A DNA stretch of 64,000 bases from Spirochaetia bacterium (GTDB lineage: Bacteria; Spirochaetota; Spirochaetia; SZUA-6; Bin103). Below the pieces are notes generated by a model. The model ran no database searches and had not been told where the DNA came from. It saw only the letters and a list, made by a program, of their open reading frames with translations. Where the stretch lies: NCBI GenBank assembly GCA_965208575.1, contig CBDBOV010000003.1, forward strand, positions 704,001 to 768,000, in the 5' to 3' direction. This document shows positions 27,110 to 37,057 of the stretch, piece by piece (the stretch's first letter is position 1; every line of letters begins with the position of its first letter). The position numbers and the translations under genes were made by a program.

Positions 27110-28159
27110 CTACTCGAAGGGAACGGCTACGGTGCGCTGCTCGCGCAGGCTGCGGTGCACCGCCTCCGAGAACTCCATGTAGCGCACCCCGTCCACGAAG
27201 TTGATGTGGGTCACCTGTTCCTGGCCGCGGATGGCGCTCACGAACTCCTCCTCGGCGCGCCAGGGGCCGAATTCCGATGCGGGGATATCGATCGGCTCGA
27301 ACGGATCGTCGCCCTCGGCGCCGCGGCGGGCGGCGTACAGCTTGTCGTCGAACAGCTTGTAGCGCAGCGTCGCCTCGCTGCCGTACACGGTTACCCCGCT
27401 CCAGCCGTGGCCCATCACCGACGAGGACTGCAGGGTGAGCTGCGCGCCGCAGGCCAGCTCGCCGAGCACCACCAGGTGATCGGGGATGGTGGTGGCGCGC
27501 AGGGTGCCGTCGCCCACCCGGCGCGCCTTGACGAAGGTGCTCGCCAGGGCGGTGATGCGGGTGGCGGGGCCGACCCACTTCAGGATGGTCTCGTACAGCA
27601 TGCCCATGGTCATGATGTTCATGCCGCTCAGCGACTCGTCGTTGCGCCAGTGCAGCGGTGCGTCGCGGTCGATGAACGCGCCCCCATCGCAGATTTCGAT
27701 GGCCAGCAGGTCGCCGAGGTAGCCTTCGACGATCAGCCGGCGCACGGTGCGGTCCACCGCCAGGGTGTGCGGCGCGGGGCAGATCTGGGTCACCAGGTGC
27801 GGGTTGCTGCGCGCGGCGGCGAGCATCTTGCGCGCCTCGGAGGCATTCATCGCCATCCGTGCCTGCGTGAACACGTGCTTGCCGGCCGCCAGCGCGGCCA
27901 GGGTGGCGGGACAGTGCAGGTAGGGCCAGGTGCCGACGAACACGGCGTCGGTGTCGCCGGCGTTCACCAGTTCGCGCCAGTCGTCGTAGATCGTTTCGAT
28001 GCCGTGCTCGCGCGCGATCTTCTCGGAGGAGGCGCGGCTGCGGTTGCACACGCTCACCAGCGTTACGCCGTCGATCTTCTTGAGCCCCGGGATGTGCCGC
28101 AGCAGGACGATGCCGCCGGCGCCGATAATCCCGACGCGAATGTTGTCTGTGTTGGCCAT
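27110..28159 (-). CDS. Gfo/Idh/MocA family oxidoreductase
   Basis: IRVGIIGAGGI, VSVCNRS, DAVFVGTWPYLH, AGKHVFTQARMA. Confidence 0.92.
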   Translation of the reverse strand: MANTDNIRVGIIGAGGIVLLRHIPGLKKIDGVTLVSVCNRSRASSEKIAREHGIETIYDDWRELVNAGDTDAVFVGTWPYLHCPATLAALAAGKHVFTQARMAMNASEARKMLAAARSNPHLVTQICPAPHTLAVDRTVRRLIVEGYLGDLLAIEICDGGAFIDRDAPLHWRNDESLSGMNIMTMGMLYETILKWVGPATRITALASTFVKARRVGDGTLRATTIPDHLVVLGELACGAQLTLQSSSVMGHGWSGVTVYGSEATLRYKLFDDKLYAARRGAEGDDPFEPIDIPASEFGPWRAEEEFVSAIRGQEQVTHINFVDGVRYMEFSEAVHRSLREQRTVAVPFE

Positions 28160-28198
28160 GCGCGCATCTTACCAGCGGCTGGCTCAACCGGATAGGGA

Positions 28199-29215
28199 TT
28201 ACCCGAAATGCAGCTCGGCCAGCGCGATGCCGCTCTCGCCGGCGACGGCGTACAGCAGGTAGGTACGGCCTTCGTCCTCCAGGATGGCCGGGTCGCGAAG
28301 CTGGTTGACGGTCCCGTAAGCGGTGCTGCGCATGGATGGCTGCACCGGCGCGGCGGCGCCCTCCCACACCCGCTCGGGGCGCAGGACCTCCACCGGCGCC
28401 GACTCCCGCCACGAGCGCCAGTCGCCGGCGAGGCCGATGGTGCTCAGCAGGATCCGCTCCGGCGCGTCCCCGACCTGGGTCCAGAACACGTGCAGCACCC
28501 CGTCGCGCACCAGCGGCGCGTTGTGGCGCATGTGGGGATTGAACAGCCGCGGCCCCGGCTCGAACCGGCTCACGCCGTCGGTGGCGCGGTGCAGTTGCCC
28601 CGGCATGGTAAGCGCGTAGGTGTGCCCGGCCCAGGTGAAGATGCGCAGGTAGGACGGGCCGACCAGCGGCTCGCTCGCGACGAAGTGGAGCCCATCGGCG
28701 GATTCCGCCACCCGCGTGGCCTGGGTCGCCGCCGCTTCGAGGCCGTGAAAGTACATGCGGATCACGCGCCGCTCGTGGTCGACGATCACCTCCGGCGAGG
28801 CGATGTGCGGCGTGGTCGCCTCCTGCAACGGGTCGTGCGGCAGGCGCACGCCGCGCTTGGCGTAGCGCGCGAGCAGGTGCCGTTCCTCCTCCCCGTCCAG
28901 CTCCGGAGGCCGGGTGAGGAAGTGGGAATCCTCCAGCCGCAACGCGCCCGGACGGTGGATGCGCCACGGCCCGGTTACCGCGTCGGCGTACGCCAGCCGG
29001 ATGAACAGGCCCTTGTGGTCGGCGAAGTAGAGGTAGTAGCGCCCGAGGGCATTCCCGGCCCAGTCGGGCACGCGGATGATCGACGGCCCCTGGATGTTGC
29101 CTCCGATCGACCGGTCGAGATCGGGCGTGATGATCGGCCGGTCCAGCAATCGTGTGGCACGCGCTGGACCTGCACCGGCTCCCGCCGGTCGCGGCGGCAC
29201 GTCTGCGCTTGTCAC
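28199..29215 (-). CDS. Five-bladed beta-propeller glycosidase-like hypothetical protein
   Basis: NIQGPSIIRVPDW...YYLYFADHKG..IRLAYAD...GPW, HIASPEV, QLRDPAI; start approximate. Confidence 0.7.
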   Translation of the reverse strand: MTSADVPPRPAGAGAGPARATRLLDRPIITPDLDRSIGGNIQGPSIIRVPDWAGNALGRYYLYFADHKGLFIRLAYADAVTGPWRIHRPGALRLEDSHFLTRPPELDGEEERHLLARYAKRGVRLPHDPLQEATTPHIASPEVIVDHERRVIRMYFHGLEAAATQATRVAESADGLHFVASEPLVGPSYLRIFTWAGHTYALTMPGQLHRATDGVSRFEPGPRLFNPHMRHNAPLVRDGVLHVFWTQVGDAPERILLSTIGLAGDWRSWRESAPVEVLRPERVWEGAAAPVQPSMRSTAYGTVNQLRDPAILEDEGRTYLLYAVAGESGIALAELHFG

Positions 29216-29321
29216 ACGCCAATCTGACCACGTCCCGTCTGGTCGTGCCAACAGCGGGCGACACTGTCGGTAACAAGAATAGTCTGCGACGATGGCAACC
29301 GTACGCAAGTTGAATACGGAG

Positions 29322-29360
29322 GGTCAGGTAGCCGATATGATCAAGCTTCTTGAACGCCAC
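29322..29360 (-). pseudogene. N-terminal stub of a VOC/glyoxalase-family gene
   Basis: SD AGGAGG, then GTG and MAFKKLDHIGYLT ('LDHIG' VOC motif); similarity ends abruptly. Confidence 0.55.
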
Positions 29361-29389
29361 TCACCTCCTGCAAGCTCATGCGCGCGCTG

Positions 29390-30322
29390 TCAAACCGACG
29401 TGGCGGCTTCGACACCCAGCCGCCCGCCACCACCTCGCAGCCGCGGATCGAGCAGGTCCCTGAGGGCGTCACCCAACATGTTGAAGCTGTACACCGCAAT
29501 CGTCAGGCACAGCCCTGGCCACAGAGCCATCCATGGCGCCTGCTCCATATACTGACGTCCTTCCCGGCTGAGCATACCCCCCCAGCTCGGAATATCCACC
29601 GATAGACCGTAGCCAAGGAAGCTGAGAGAAGCCTCAGCCATGATCACGCCGCCGACGTTAATGCTGAAAATGATGATTATGGGAGCGACAATATTGGGCA
29701 GAACATGTCGGATGAGCGTCCTCCATCGCGACGACCCAATCGCCTCCGCCGCCTGAAAATACACGTTTTCTTTAACACCGATAACCGCACTTCTAACCAC
29801 TCTCGAGCCGCCGATACCTCCTGATATGCCCAGGACTGCGATGATCTGAAAAAATCCCCGCCCCACAATGGACATTACCGTTAACAATATGAGCAAAGTT
29901 GGTATAGACATCCATGCATCGACAAATCTCTGCACCGCAATGTCATATTTACCACCAACGAATCCGGAAACGCCGCCGACCAGGATTGCGGCGACGACAT
30001 TCAGTGTAGTCGCGGCCAGACCGACAACTACGGAGATACGAGCCCCGGCGATAAGGCGGCTCAACAAATCTCGCCCCATCTGGTCGGTACCCAGCAGATA
30101 CTGGGCTGATGAGCCCTGCAGTCTGTCTATCAGGTGCATTTCAAAATATGGATGAGGGGCCAATTGATCGCCGAAGATAGCGACAACAATCAATAGCAAT
30201 ACGATAACTCCGCTGGCGACACCGAGCGGCTTCTCTTTCCACAATCTGACAAATAAAATTGCCGCGGCGTTACGTCGCTTTGGCTCACCTACTGGTAATG
30301 GTATCCTTGGGAGATCACTCAT
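29390..30322 (-). CDS. ABC permease, DppC/OppC-like (low GC)
   Basis: YLLGTDQMGRDLLSR, EASLSFLGYG, LGDALRDLLDPR. Confidence 0.94.
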   Translation of the reverse strand: MSDLPRIPLPVGEPKRRNAAAILFVRLWKEKPLGVASGVIVLLLIVVAIFGDQLAPHPYFEMHLIDRLQGSSAQYLLGTDQMGRDLLSRLIAGARISVVVGLAATTLNVVAAILVGGVSGFVGGKYDIAVQRFVDAWMSIPTLLILLTVMSIVGRGFFQIIAVLGISGGIGGSRVVRSAVIGVKENVYFQAAEAIGSSRWRTLIRHVLPNIVAPIIIIFSINVGGVIMAEASLSFLGYGLSVDIPSWGGMLSREGRQYMEQAPWMALWPGLCLTIAVYSFNMLGDALRDLLDPRLRGGGGRLGVEAATSV

Positions 30323-30340
30323 AGTCCCGATCTTCCTCTT

Positions 30341-31360
30341 CTATTGATAGCGGATCCTGGGGTCCAAGAAGGCATAAAGCATGTCGATCAACAGATTGAT
30401 CGCCAAAACCGCGGCAGCAAAAATCAGGTTTATTGCGGAGACGATCGGGTAGTCTCTTGAATCGATCGCCCTTACGAACAGACGGCCCAACCCCGGCAGA
30501 GCGAATATTTGCTCCAAGATAACGGAGCCACCTATCAGGATAGGTAGCTGCAGGCCGATGAGTGTCACTACTGGAATGAAGGCATTCTTGATGGCGTGCC
30601 GCATGACAACTACCCGTTCCCTGAGCCCCTTCGACCAAGCCGTCCTGATATAGTCTTGCCTGAGCACCTCCAGCATCATGGTGCGCGTCATCCGCATCGT
30701 GCTGGCAGCAAGGGCCGTACCCAGAATCAGGGCCGGCAGGAGAAACATCCCCAGATTCCCCAGCGGGTCTTCCTCGAAGCGAATCAACTCCATCGGTGGC
30801 GACCAGCCCCACCAGAGAGCCGGGTAGAGCAGGGCCATGGTTGCCAGCCAGAAGTTCGGCGTTGCCAAGCCGATGACGGCAACGGTGCGCCCGACGTAGT
30901 CGGCGGCGGTATCCTGGCGGATCGCCGAGTAGACTCCGACGGGCAGGGCTATGAGGAGCCCAATTACTATTGCCAGAATACCAAGCTCAATGGTTACCGG
31001 CAATCTCCCACCTACGATCTCGTCTATCGTACTGCCTCCGCCATACAGCGATTCGCCAAGCGTGCCCTGGAAGAGACCTTTGAACTCGGACTCACCGGTA
31101 CCCCGCCAGTCAGGCGTCGGCAATACCCCTATCCAGCGTAAATACTGCATGTGGGCAGGCACGTCCAGTCCCATAAGACGCTCGAGAGTTTCGCGGTCCC
31201 TGCCACTTGCCGCACGAAAATTATTGCCAGTTTCCATTTGAGCCACCATTGCGTCTACTGTATCGCCGGGGATAAGGCGGACCACAGAAAACACCAAAAT
31301 GGTCAAAATAAACAGGCTGGGGATTGTGAGCAATAGCCGCCTGATGATATAGGTCTTCAC
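30341..31360 (-). CDS. ABC permease, DppB/OppB-like (low GC, mosaic)
   Basis: KTYIIRRLLLTIP, RTMMLEVLRQDYIRTAWSKGL, FLDPRIRYQ. Confidence 0.94.
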   Translation of the reverse strand: MKTYIIRRLLLTIPSLFILTILVFSVVRLIPGDTVDAMVAQMETGNNFRAASGRDRETLERLMGLDVPAHMQYLRWIGVLPTPDWRGTGESEFKGLFQGTLGESLYGGGSTIDEIVGGRLPVTIELGILAIVIGLLIALPVGVYSAIRQDTAADYVGRTVAVIGLATPNFWLATMALLYPALWWGWSPPMELIRFEEDPLGNLGMFLLPALILGTALAASTMRMTRTMMLEVLRQDYIRTAWSKGLRERVVVMRHAIKNAFIPVVTLIGLQLPILIGGSVILEQIFALPGLGRLFVRAIDSRDYPIVSAINLIFAAAVLAINLLIDMLYAFLDPRIRYQ

Positions 31361-31380
31361 GTGTGTGTGCCCCAAGTATG

Positions 31381-31422
31381 GGAGCTGGGAAGCGCACTCA
31401 CGAGCGACCGCCCCCCAGCTCC
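31381..31422 (-). terminator. Intergenic stem-loop between SBP4 and permease
   Basis: ggagctggg...cccagctcc inverted repeat. Confidence 0.5.
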
Positions 31423-31436
31423 ACAGGAGTGTACTG

Positions 31437-33239
31437 CTAGTTTCCCGTCATTTCGTTCTTCAGCGCACTATCGATCCAGAGGCGAGAAAAGTGGGTATGA
31501 CGCTCGGCGTATCCCATACCCCATTCACCGTTCCAACCCTGCACCCACGGCTGGGCCACCTGATATAAGGGGACCATAGGTCTAACCAGGCCAAAGTGCT
31601 CCCTTATAACGATCTCATCGATCTCTCGGATGTTGCTAAAAAACTCATCAAGGTCCGCAGCATGCGTGGCGCCATTATAGAACGTTTCGAGACGCGGGTC
31701 CCTCGACTTGCTCAAGCTGTTACCAGCCACGTCTTGGGTGACGGTCCCTGCAATCCAGAGCGCTGGGCGACGTGTCCCCATTATCGCGCAACAATACATG
31801 TCAAACTCGTGCGTGTCCGCGCTCCAGGCAGCGGCCGCCTCAGCTTCAGTATGAGTAGAGATCTCCAAATCAACGCCAACGGCGCGGAAAAACTCTCCGA
31901 CGATTTCGATGTAGGTCGATTCTTGCCGCGGAGAATTGGACGCCGCGAGCTTGAATCGAACGCCGTCGGCGCCGCGTGGATATCCGGCCTCATCAAGCAA
32001 CGCTTCTGCATCTTCCGGGCGATACTCATACTCACGCTTGACCTCGTCGGGCCATTCTTCATATGACCAGACCCAATCGGTAAGATTCGGCATATAAATC
32101 CCATAAGGCGCTACAACTCCTAGACCTTTATAGATACTAGCGTTGATTGCCTCGTTGTCCACTGCCATCTGCAGCGCCTTGCGCACTCTTACGTCCTGCA
32201 TCAGCGGCAAAGACTGGTTGAATGTCAAGGCGCCTGGGGTATTTACAATGAAATGGAATTGGAGTTCAGGGTTGCTCTTCTGCAGGCTTTCTATAGTGTC
32301 GACATTGCTTATCTGAGAGTCGCCTGGGTTACCAACATAATCAACCTTACGCGAGCGCAATGCCGCAATACGTGTGGCCTCGTCTGGTAACAGCACGGAC
32401 CTCAACTCGTCAATATAGGGCACGGGGTTCCCGAATTTTTCGTCAACACCCCAGTAGTCGGGATTCTTTATATAGGTTTGCGAGGCGCCCTCCACAAATT
32501 CAGTCAGTTCATAGGGCCCGGTGCCGACCAGGTTCCTCCAGTCCTCGAAGCTATTTTCATTCACGTATACCTCGGGGGCGTACATAGGAGTCATCTTGTT
32601 CAGGAATAGCTCCTCAGCATTGATCAGAGGATTCGTCAGCTTGAACTCGACCGTATAGTCGTCGGTGGCCGTTATCGAGTCGAACTCCAGACCACCCAGT
32701 GTGTGGGGGTGGGGGGCCGGTGGGAGCTCGGCGAAACGAGCGATACCAGCATAGCGCTCGTAGTTCCATACGACGTCATGAGCATTGAATTCCCGACCGT
32801 TCACCGGCGCCTTGTCATGCCAGTGAACGCCCTGCCGGACATGCCAGATGAACGTCGACTCGTCGGGCATTTCCCAGCTTGTGGCCAGACCGGGTCCGTA
32901 CATCTGTGTGCCCGTATACGCCCAAACCATGTCAGTGACGAGATCCCTGTCTACATCCCAGTTGCCAAAGGCCATCTGCTCCAAAACGCCACTGTAGAAG
33001 TGAGCGGCCCAGCCACTGGCCGACCACACGTCGGCATTCACAGGATAGTGCCTAGGGGCCCACGTGAGTGTCCCGCCATACTCTGGCGCGGTCCACGTCT
33101 GGCCGGAGGCGGGGTCGAACACCGTCTCTCTGTCGGTGGCGGCTGCCGGCTCCTCTTCTTCGCCACCGGCCCAGAGGCCGGTCGCGGTCAGCACCAGGAC
33201 CAGCGCTACCGCGAAGGTCCTTGCAATAGATATCTTCAT
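31437..33239 (-). CDS. ABC transporter substrate-binding protein, family 5 (SBP4; low-GC body)
   Basis: ATG after AAGGAG; RTFAVALVLVLTATGLWAGGEEEE, WHDKAPVNGREF, LLDEAGYPRGADGVRFK. Confidence 0.94.
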   Translation of the reverse strand: MKISIARTFAVALVLVLTATGLWAGGEEEEPAAATDRETVFDPASGQTWTAPEYGGTLTWAPRHYPVNADVWSASGWAAHFYSGVLEQMAFGNWDVDRDLVTDMVWAYTGTQMYGPGLATSWEMPDESTFIWHVRQGVHWHDKAPVNGREFNAHDVVWNYERYAGIARFAELPPAPHPHTLGGLEFDSITATDDYTVEFKLTNPLINAEELFLNKMTPMYAPEVYVNENSFEDWRNLVGTGPYELTEFVEGASQTYIKNPDYWGVDEKFGNPVPYIDELRSVLLPDEATRIAALRSRKVDYVGNPGDSQISNVDTIESLQKSNPELQFHFIVNTPGALTFNQSLPLMQDVRVRKALQMAVDNEAINASIYKGLGVVAPYGIYMPNLTDWVWSYEEWPDEVKREYEYRPEDAEALLDEAGYPRGADGVRFKLAASNSPRQESTYIEIVGEFFRAVGVDLEISTHTEAEAAAAWSADTHEFDMYCCAIMGTRRPALWIAGTVTQDVAGNSLSKSRDPRLETFYNGATHAADLDEFFSNIREIDEIVIREHFGLVRPMVPLYQVAQPWVQGWNGEWGMGYAERHTHFSRLWIDSALKNEMTGN

Positions 33240-33298
33240 CGTTTCTCCTTCGATGTCACGTTGAGAGTATTGCGGAGCGGATTGCCGCTCCCTGGCCA

Positions 33299-33446
33299 CC
33301 CGCAACGCAGACGGCCAGTCCGAGTCAAGTCACCAAATAGCGCGCAGCGTGTGACTCATCCGGGTGCACCCCGGCCCACGCCGAGCGCGCGTGCGGTTAT
33401 TTGAGTATCGTTCGAACCTCCTTCTTCACTGGATCTACGTCGGGAT
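33299..33446 (-). ncRNA. Conserved structured leader element, copy B
   Basis: Homologous to 9534-9676, with the same orientation and similar position relative to the SBP start. Confidence 0.55.
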
Positions 33447-33751
33447 CTGCGTTACACCGCCACGCGTGGCGGTGGTCTGAGCAGCAGTGAGTCTGAATGG
33501 CCGGCAACGCCGGCGGTGGGTTTTGCGGGCAGTCAGTCGCGGGCAGCGATCCGGGACGGCTGCCCTCGCCGCCGGGAAGGGTGGGGGCGGCCCGCATGCC
33601 GGTTCGGCTATGGGTGGAGCCGGTGCCACCAATAGCTACGGCGGTATTGGGGGCGACGGCGTGCGCGGGGTCGCGTACCGGGCTGCTGCGCTTACGCCAT
33701 CCTGGCGCGTCGTCATGGCGCTTCATCGGCATCCGTCGCTCCAACGGGGCC

Positions 33752-33781
33752 ACGCTAGCATAGGCGTGGCGCGCCTGTCAA
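33752..33781 (-). promoter_or_regulatory. Sigma70 promoter about 510 nt upstream of SBP4
   Basis: TTGACA-N18-TAGCGT with extended TG. Confidence 0.55.
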
Positions 33782-33903
33782 CGACCATCGGACGGCTTTC
33801 AGGGCGATCCCATGCTGATGAGGACTGGAAATCCTTGGAGGCAGTCTCCATCGCGGGCGCGCTGCTCATCCGCGCTGCGCTGCACCGCCAGCTTGCGGTT
33901 CGC

Positions 33904-35568
33904 TCAGAGAGCGCCGCCGCGCGCCGCCGCCACGGGCGGCTGCCACAGCACGTCGAGCGCCGCCGCCACGTTCAGCGATTCGCCGTACCACTCGGGAGTA
34001 GCGGTGTGCGGACCGATGCTGATGCCGGCCGCCGCCAGGCGCTCCAGGGTCGGCGCCAGCGGCGGCCCGACACCCTCCCAGCGCGGCGCCGGTGGCACCG
34101 CCGCCAGCGGCTCGCCATTCGGGCGCAGGAACCGGAACCCCCCGGCGCCGTCAGCGGCCACCTGAAACCCCTCCTCGTGCACCGCTCGGTGATGGAATCT
34201 GCAGACGAGAACCAGGTTGAAGAGCTGCGTCTCCCCGCCGTCGGCCCAGTGCATGACGTGATGGGCGTCGCAGTGGCGGGACTCGCAGCCGGGGAACTGG
34301 CACTGGTTGCGATCCCTGCTCTGCAGGGCACGGCGCAGGGCGGTCGGGACGGTGCGGGTCTTGCGGCCCACGTCGAGCACCTCGCCGTCGGCGGCGTGGC
34401 ACAGCTCCACGAGGCCGGCATCGCAGGCGACGCGGCGCGCTGCCTCCTTGCCGACGTGGATGCCCCCTGCTTGTTCGATCACCGCCTGCCCGGCGTCGCG
34501 GCCAGGCATCGGGGCCGCCAGGTCGCGGTCGGGCGTCGCCTCGGTGGCCGGTAGTTTCTCCGCGTGCTCGATGGACACTTGCTCCGTCACCGCGTCCAGT
34601 GACGCTGCCGCCGGTGCGCAGGCTGCCTCGCTGCCCGGCGCAATTTCCGCGGAAACGTGCCGCGGGGCCGCGGCGGCCTCGCGGCAGCAAAGCCCGTCAG
34701 CCTCCACGTGTACCGTCACCTGGAAGCGGTCGCCGCTGCTGCCCGGATCAAGCCCGCCGGCCAGCGCGCTCTCGGCCACCAGCCCCAGCGCATCCGCACG
34801 CCGCTGCGCGATGCTCGCCTCGTCGCCGCCGGCGGCATCGTCCTCCTCCGCCGCCGGCACCTGCTCCAGGGCCGCCTCCAGGGCCCGCAGCACTACCGCG
34901 CCTACCTCAGGCGTAAGCCGCGCCCGCAGCACCACCATGCCGTCCTCGTCCACCCGCGTGGTCAGCGTGCGCCGTTCCAGCCGCACCTGCTCGGCGTCCG
35001 GCTGCGCCTCTCGGTCCGCCTGCCGCCACCCGCGCACCAGCCGCTCCACCTGCGCCCCGGTGGCACAGCAGGCCACGGCAATCAGCCGTGCCTCGTTGTC
35101 GGCGGTGGCCACTCGAGTCAGGGCGCGTACGATGGAGTAGGACAGCCGACCGCAGGCCATGGCCGCGGAGAGGTGGTTGAGATCGGCCAGCGCAGCGGCC
35201 ACGCGCAGCTTCTCGCGGGCAGCGCCGAGGTCGAGGCCGGTGCGCCAGTTCAGCCAGTGGGCGCAGGAACGGAAGCCCTCCCAGCCGTGGTGGCGGTCGA
35301 ACTCGCGCACGTCACACAGCAACTCGTAGGTGGCGGCCTGGATGCGCGCCGACAGCTCGGCGATGCGGTTGCCGAGCTGATTCAGGTCGGGCGGTGCCTC
35401 CGGGGCCGGAGGCGCTGCGCTGTCGGCAACGGCGAGCGTCGCAGTCTCGCTCGCGCCGGGCGCCCTCGCAGCGGTGGTGGCCGCGGTCGCGGCCGGGTCG
35501 GTGGCTGCCGGGTCAGGCCGCGCTGACGGCGCCGGCGGGCGCGGCAGCGTATAGGTGTCAGGTGCCAT
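33904..35568 (-). CDS. DUF222 + HNH endonuclease (REP13E12-like, probably mobile)
   Basis: GFRSCAHWLNWRTGLDLGAAREKLRVA, ARRVACDA, LDVGRKTR, CQFPGC...DAHHVMHWADGGET..NLVLVCRFHH. Confidence 0.9.
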   Translation of the reverse strand: MAPDTYTLPRPPAPSARPDPAATDPAATAATTAARAPGASETATLAVADSAAPPAPEAPPDLNQLGNRIAELSARIQAATYELLCDVREFDRHHGWEGFRSCAHWLNWRTGLDLGAAREKLRVAAALADLNHLSAAMACGRLSYSIVRALTRVATADNEARLIAVACCATGAQVERLVRGWRQADREAQPDAEQVRLERRTLTTRVDEDGMVVLRARLTPEVGAVVLRALEAALEQVPAAEEDDAAGGDEASIAQRRADALGLVAESALAGGLDPGSSGDRFQVTVHVEADGLCCREAAAAPRHVSAEIAPGSEAACAPAAASLDAVTEQVSIEHAEKLPATEATPDRDLAAPMPGRDAGQAVIEQAGGIHVGKEAARRVACDAGLVELCHAADGEVLDVGRKTRTVPTALRRALQSRDRNQCQFPGCESRHCDAHHVMHWADGGETQLFNLVLVCRFHHRAVHEEGFQVAADGAGGFRFLRPNGEPLAAVPPAPRWEGVGPPLAPTLERLAAAGISIGPHTATPEWYGESLNVAAALDVLWQPPVAAARGGAL

Positions 35569-35951
35569 GCCGCCATGGTACACCCGGTATTCGGTGCCCC
35601 CGTGCCGGCCCGTGGACGAGCCGCCCGTCCGATTTGGGCTTTGCGGGCCAGACCCGGACGCGGCGGGCCGAGAGCGCGCGCTGAGGGCGCCAAGGGGGGG
35701 CGGAACAGGCGGGGTCGGGGACGTGGCCCAATCGCGCGCCCGAAACCATGTCAACCCCCTCAGGCCCGCAGCGAGCGATTTTCTCGACTTTTTTCAGGCA
35801 CTCGGCCCACGGCGAAGTGACAGCGTGGTCGGCCTGATGATAATCTTGCTGCTCTCCTTACCGCTGACCCCTCGTGGCCTGAGCGCCGGGCCACCGCTCC
35901 GTGAGCCGGGGAGGCTTTTCGGTGGGGGTTGTTTCACGGTATCTGTCTCCC

Positions 35952-36998
35952 ATGCAAGAGACCGGAGGAGGCGGAGCGATCATCGATCCCGGCCGCGAGA
36001 TCGTGGAGGCGCATCACCACCTGTGGCCGCATGCCCGGATGCCGGTGGACTGGCCCGGCAGCGGGGGAGGCCCGGACGGCTACCGGCTCCGCGAGCTGTA
36101 CGCCGACCTGTGCACCGGACACAACGTGGTGCAGACGGTGTTCCTGCAGTGCGGCGCGAGCTACCGCGCCGGCGGCCCGGAGCACCTGCGGCCGGTGGGA
36201 GAGACGGAGTGGGTGGCGCAGATCGCGCGTCAGTCGCAGGCCGGGCCAGGACCGGCAGTCGCCGGCATCGTGGCGCACGCCGACCTGCGGCTCGGCGGTG
36301 CGCTCGAAGAGGTGCTCGATGCTCACGAGGCCGCCGGAGAGGGGCGCTTCTGCGGCATTCGCCATGGCCTGGCCCGCGGCGACCACCGCGCCGGCACCGC
36401 GCTTGCCCCCGGCCCCGCGCCGGCGGGTCTGGCTCGGGACGAGGCGTTCCGGGCCGGCGTGCGGCTGCTCGGCCGCCGCGGACTGCCCTACGAGAGCTGG
36501 CACTACCACTACCAGATGGAGGAGTTCATCGCCCTCGCCCGCGCCGTGCCCGACACGGTTATGGTGCTGGATCACTTCGGCACCCCGGTCGGCGTGGGCC
36601 GCTACCAATCGCAGCGCGCCGAGGTCTACGCACAACTGAACCGCAACCTGGCGGCCGCGGCCGCCTGTCCGAACGTGGTCGCCAAGCTCGGCGGCCTGGC
36701 GATGTGGGACAACGGGTTCCCGTGGGCGGAGCGCGGCACCCGCGCCACCGCCGAGGAGCTGGCGGCGGCCCAGCGCCCCTACTACCTGCACGCGATCGAC
36801 TGCTTCGGGCCGGAGCGCTGCATGTTCGAGAGCAACTTCCCCGTGGACCGGGTATCGGTCAGCTATCGCGACCTCTACAACGCATTCAAGCTGATGGTCT
36901 CCGACTTCTCCGACGCGGACAAGGACGCCCTGTTCAGCGGCACCGCCCGCCGCGTGTACCGGTTACCCGCCCTTTCGAGGCGGCCGCGTCCAGAATAG
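35952..36998 (+). CDS. Amidohydrolase_2 family protein
   Basis: IVEAHHHLW, VLDHFGTP, NVVAKLGGL, CMFESNFPVD. Confidence 0.92.
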   Translation: MQETGGGGAIIDPGREIVEAHHHLWPHARMPVDWPGSGGGPDGYRLRELYADLCTGHNVVQTVFLQCGASYRAGGPEHLRPVGETEWVAQIARQSQAGPGPAVAGIVAHADLRLGGALEEVLDAHEAAGEGRFCGIRHGLARGDHRAGTALAPGPAPAGLARDEAFRAGVRLLGRRGLPYESWHYHYQMEEFIALARAVPDTVMVLDHFGTPVGVGRYQSQRAEVYAQLNRNLAAAAACPNVVAKLGGLAMWDNGFPWAERGTRATAEELAAAQRPYYLHAIDCFGPERCMFESNFPVDRVSVSYRDLYNAFKLMVSDFSDADKDALFSGTARRVYRLPALSRRPRPE

Positions 36999-37057
36999 TA
37001 CCTGTCTATACTCGAAACTTTCTGTAACGAGAGAATTATTTCGATTACAATACGACC

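Noticed and set aside
26727-29360. 877-aa minus-strand ORF, and similar long R/P/A/G-rich ORFs (e.g. 42745-45393, 56086-58629, 3812-5485)
   Set aside because: Alternate-frame or antisense shadows of well-supported genes in high-GC DNA; only the first 13 codons of 29360 look real.
33815-33845. CTGATGAG...GAAA hammerhead-like motif
   Set aside because: Stem II (GGA/TCC) is not followed by GAAA, and stems I and III cannot be formed.
33810-33903. Possible RHH antitoxin scrap (DEDWKSLEAVS..ALLIRAAL)
   Set aside because: No start codon and only a weak pattern.
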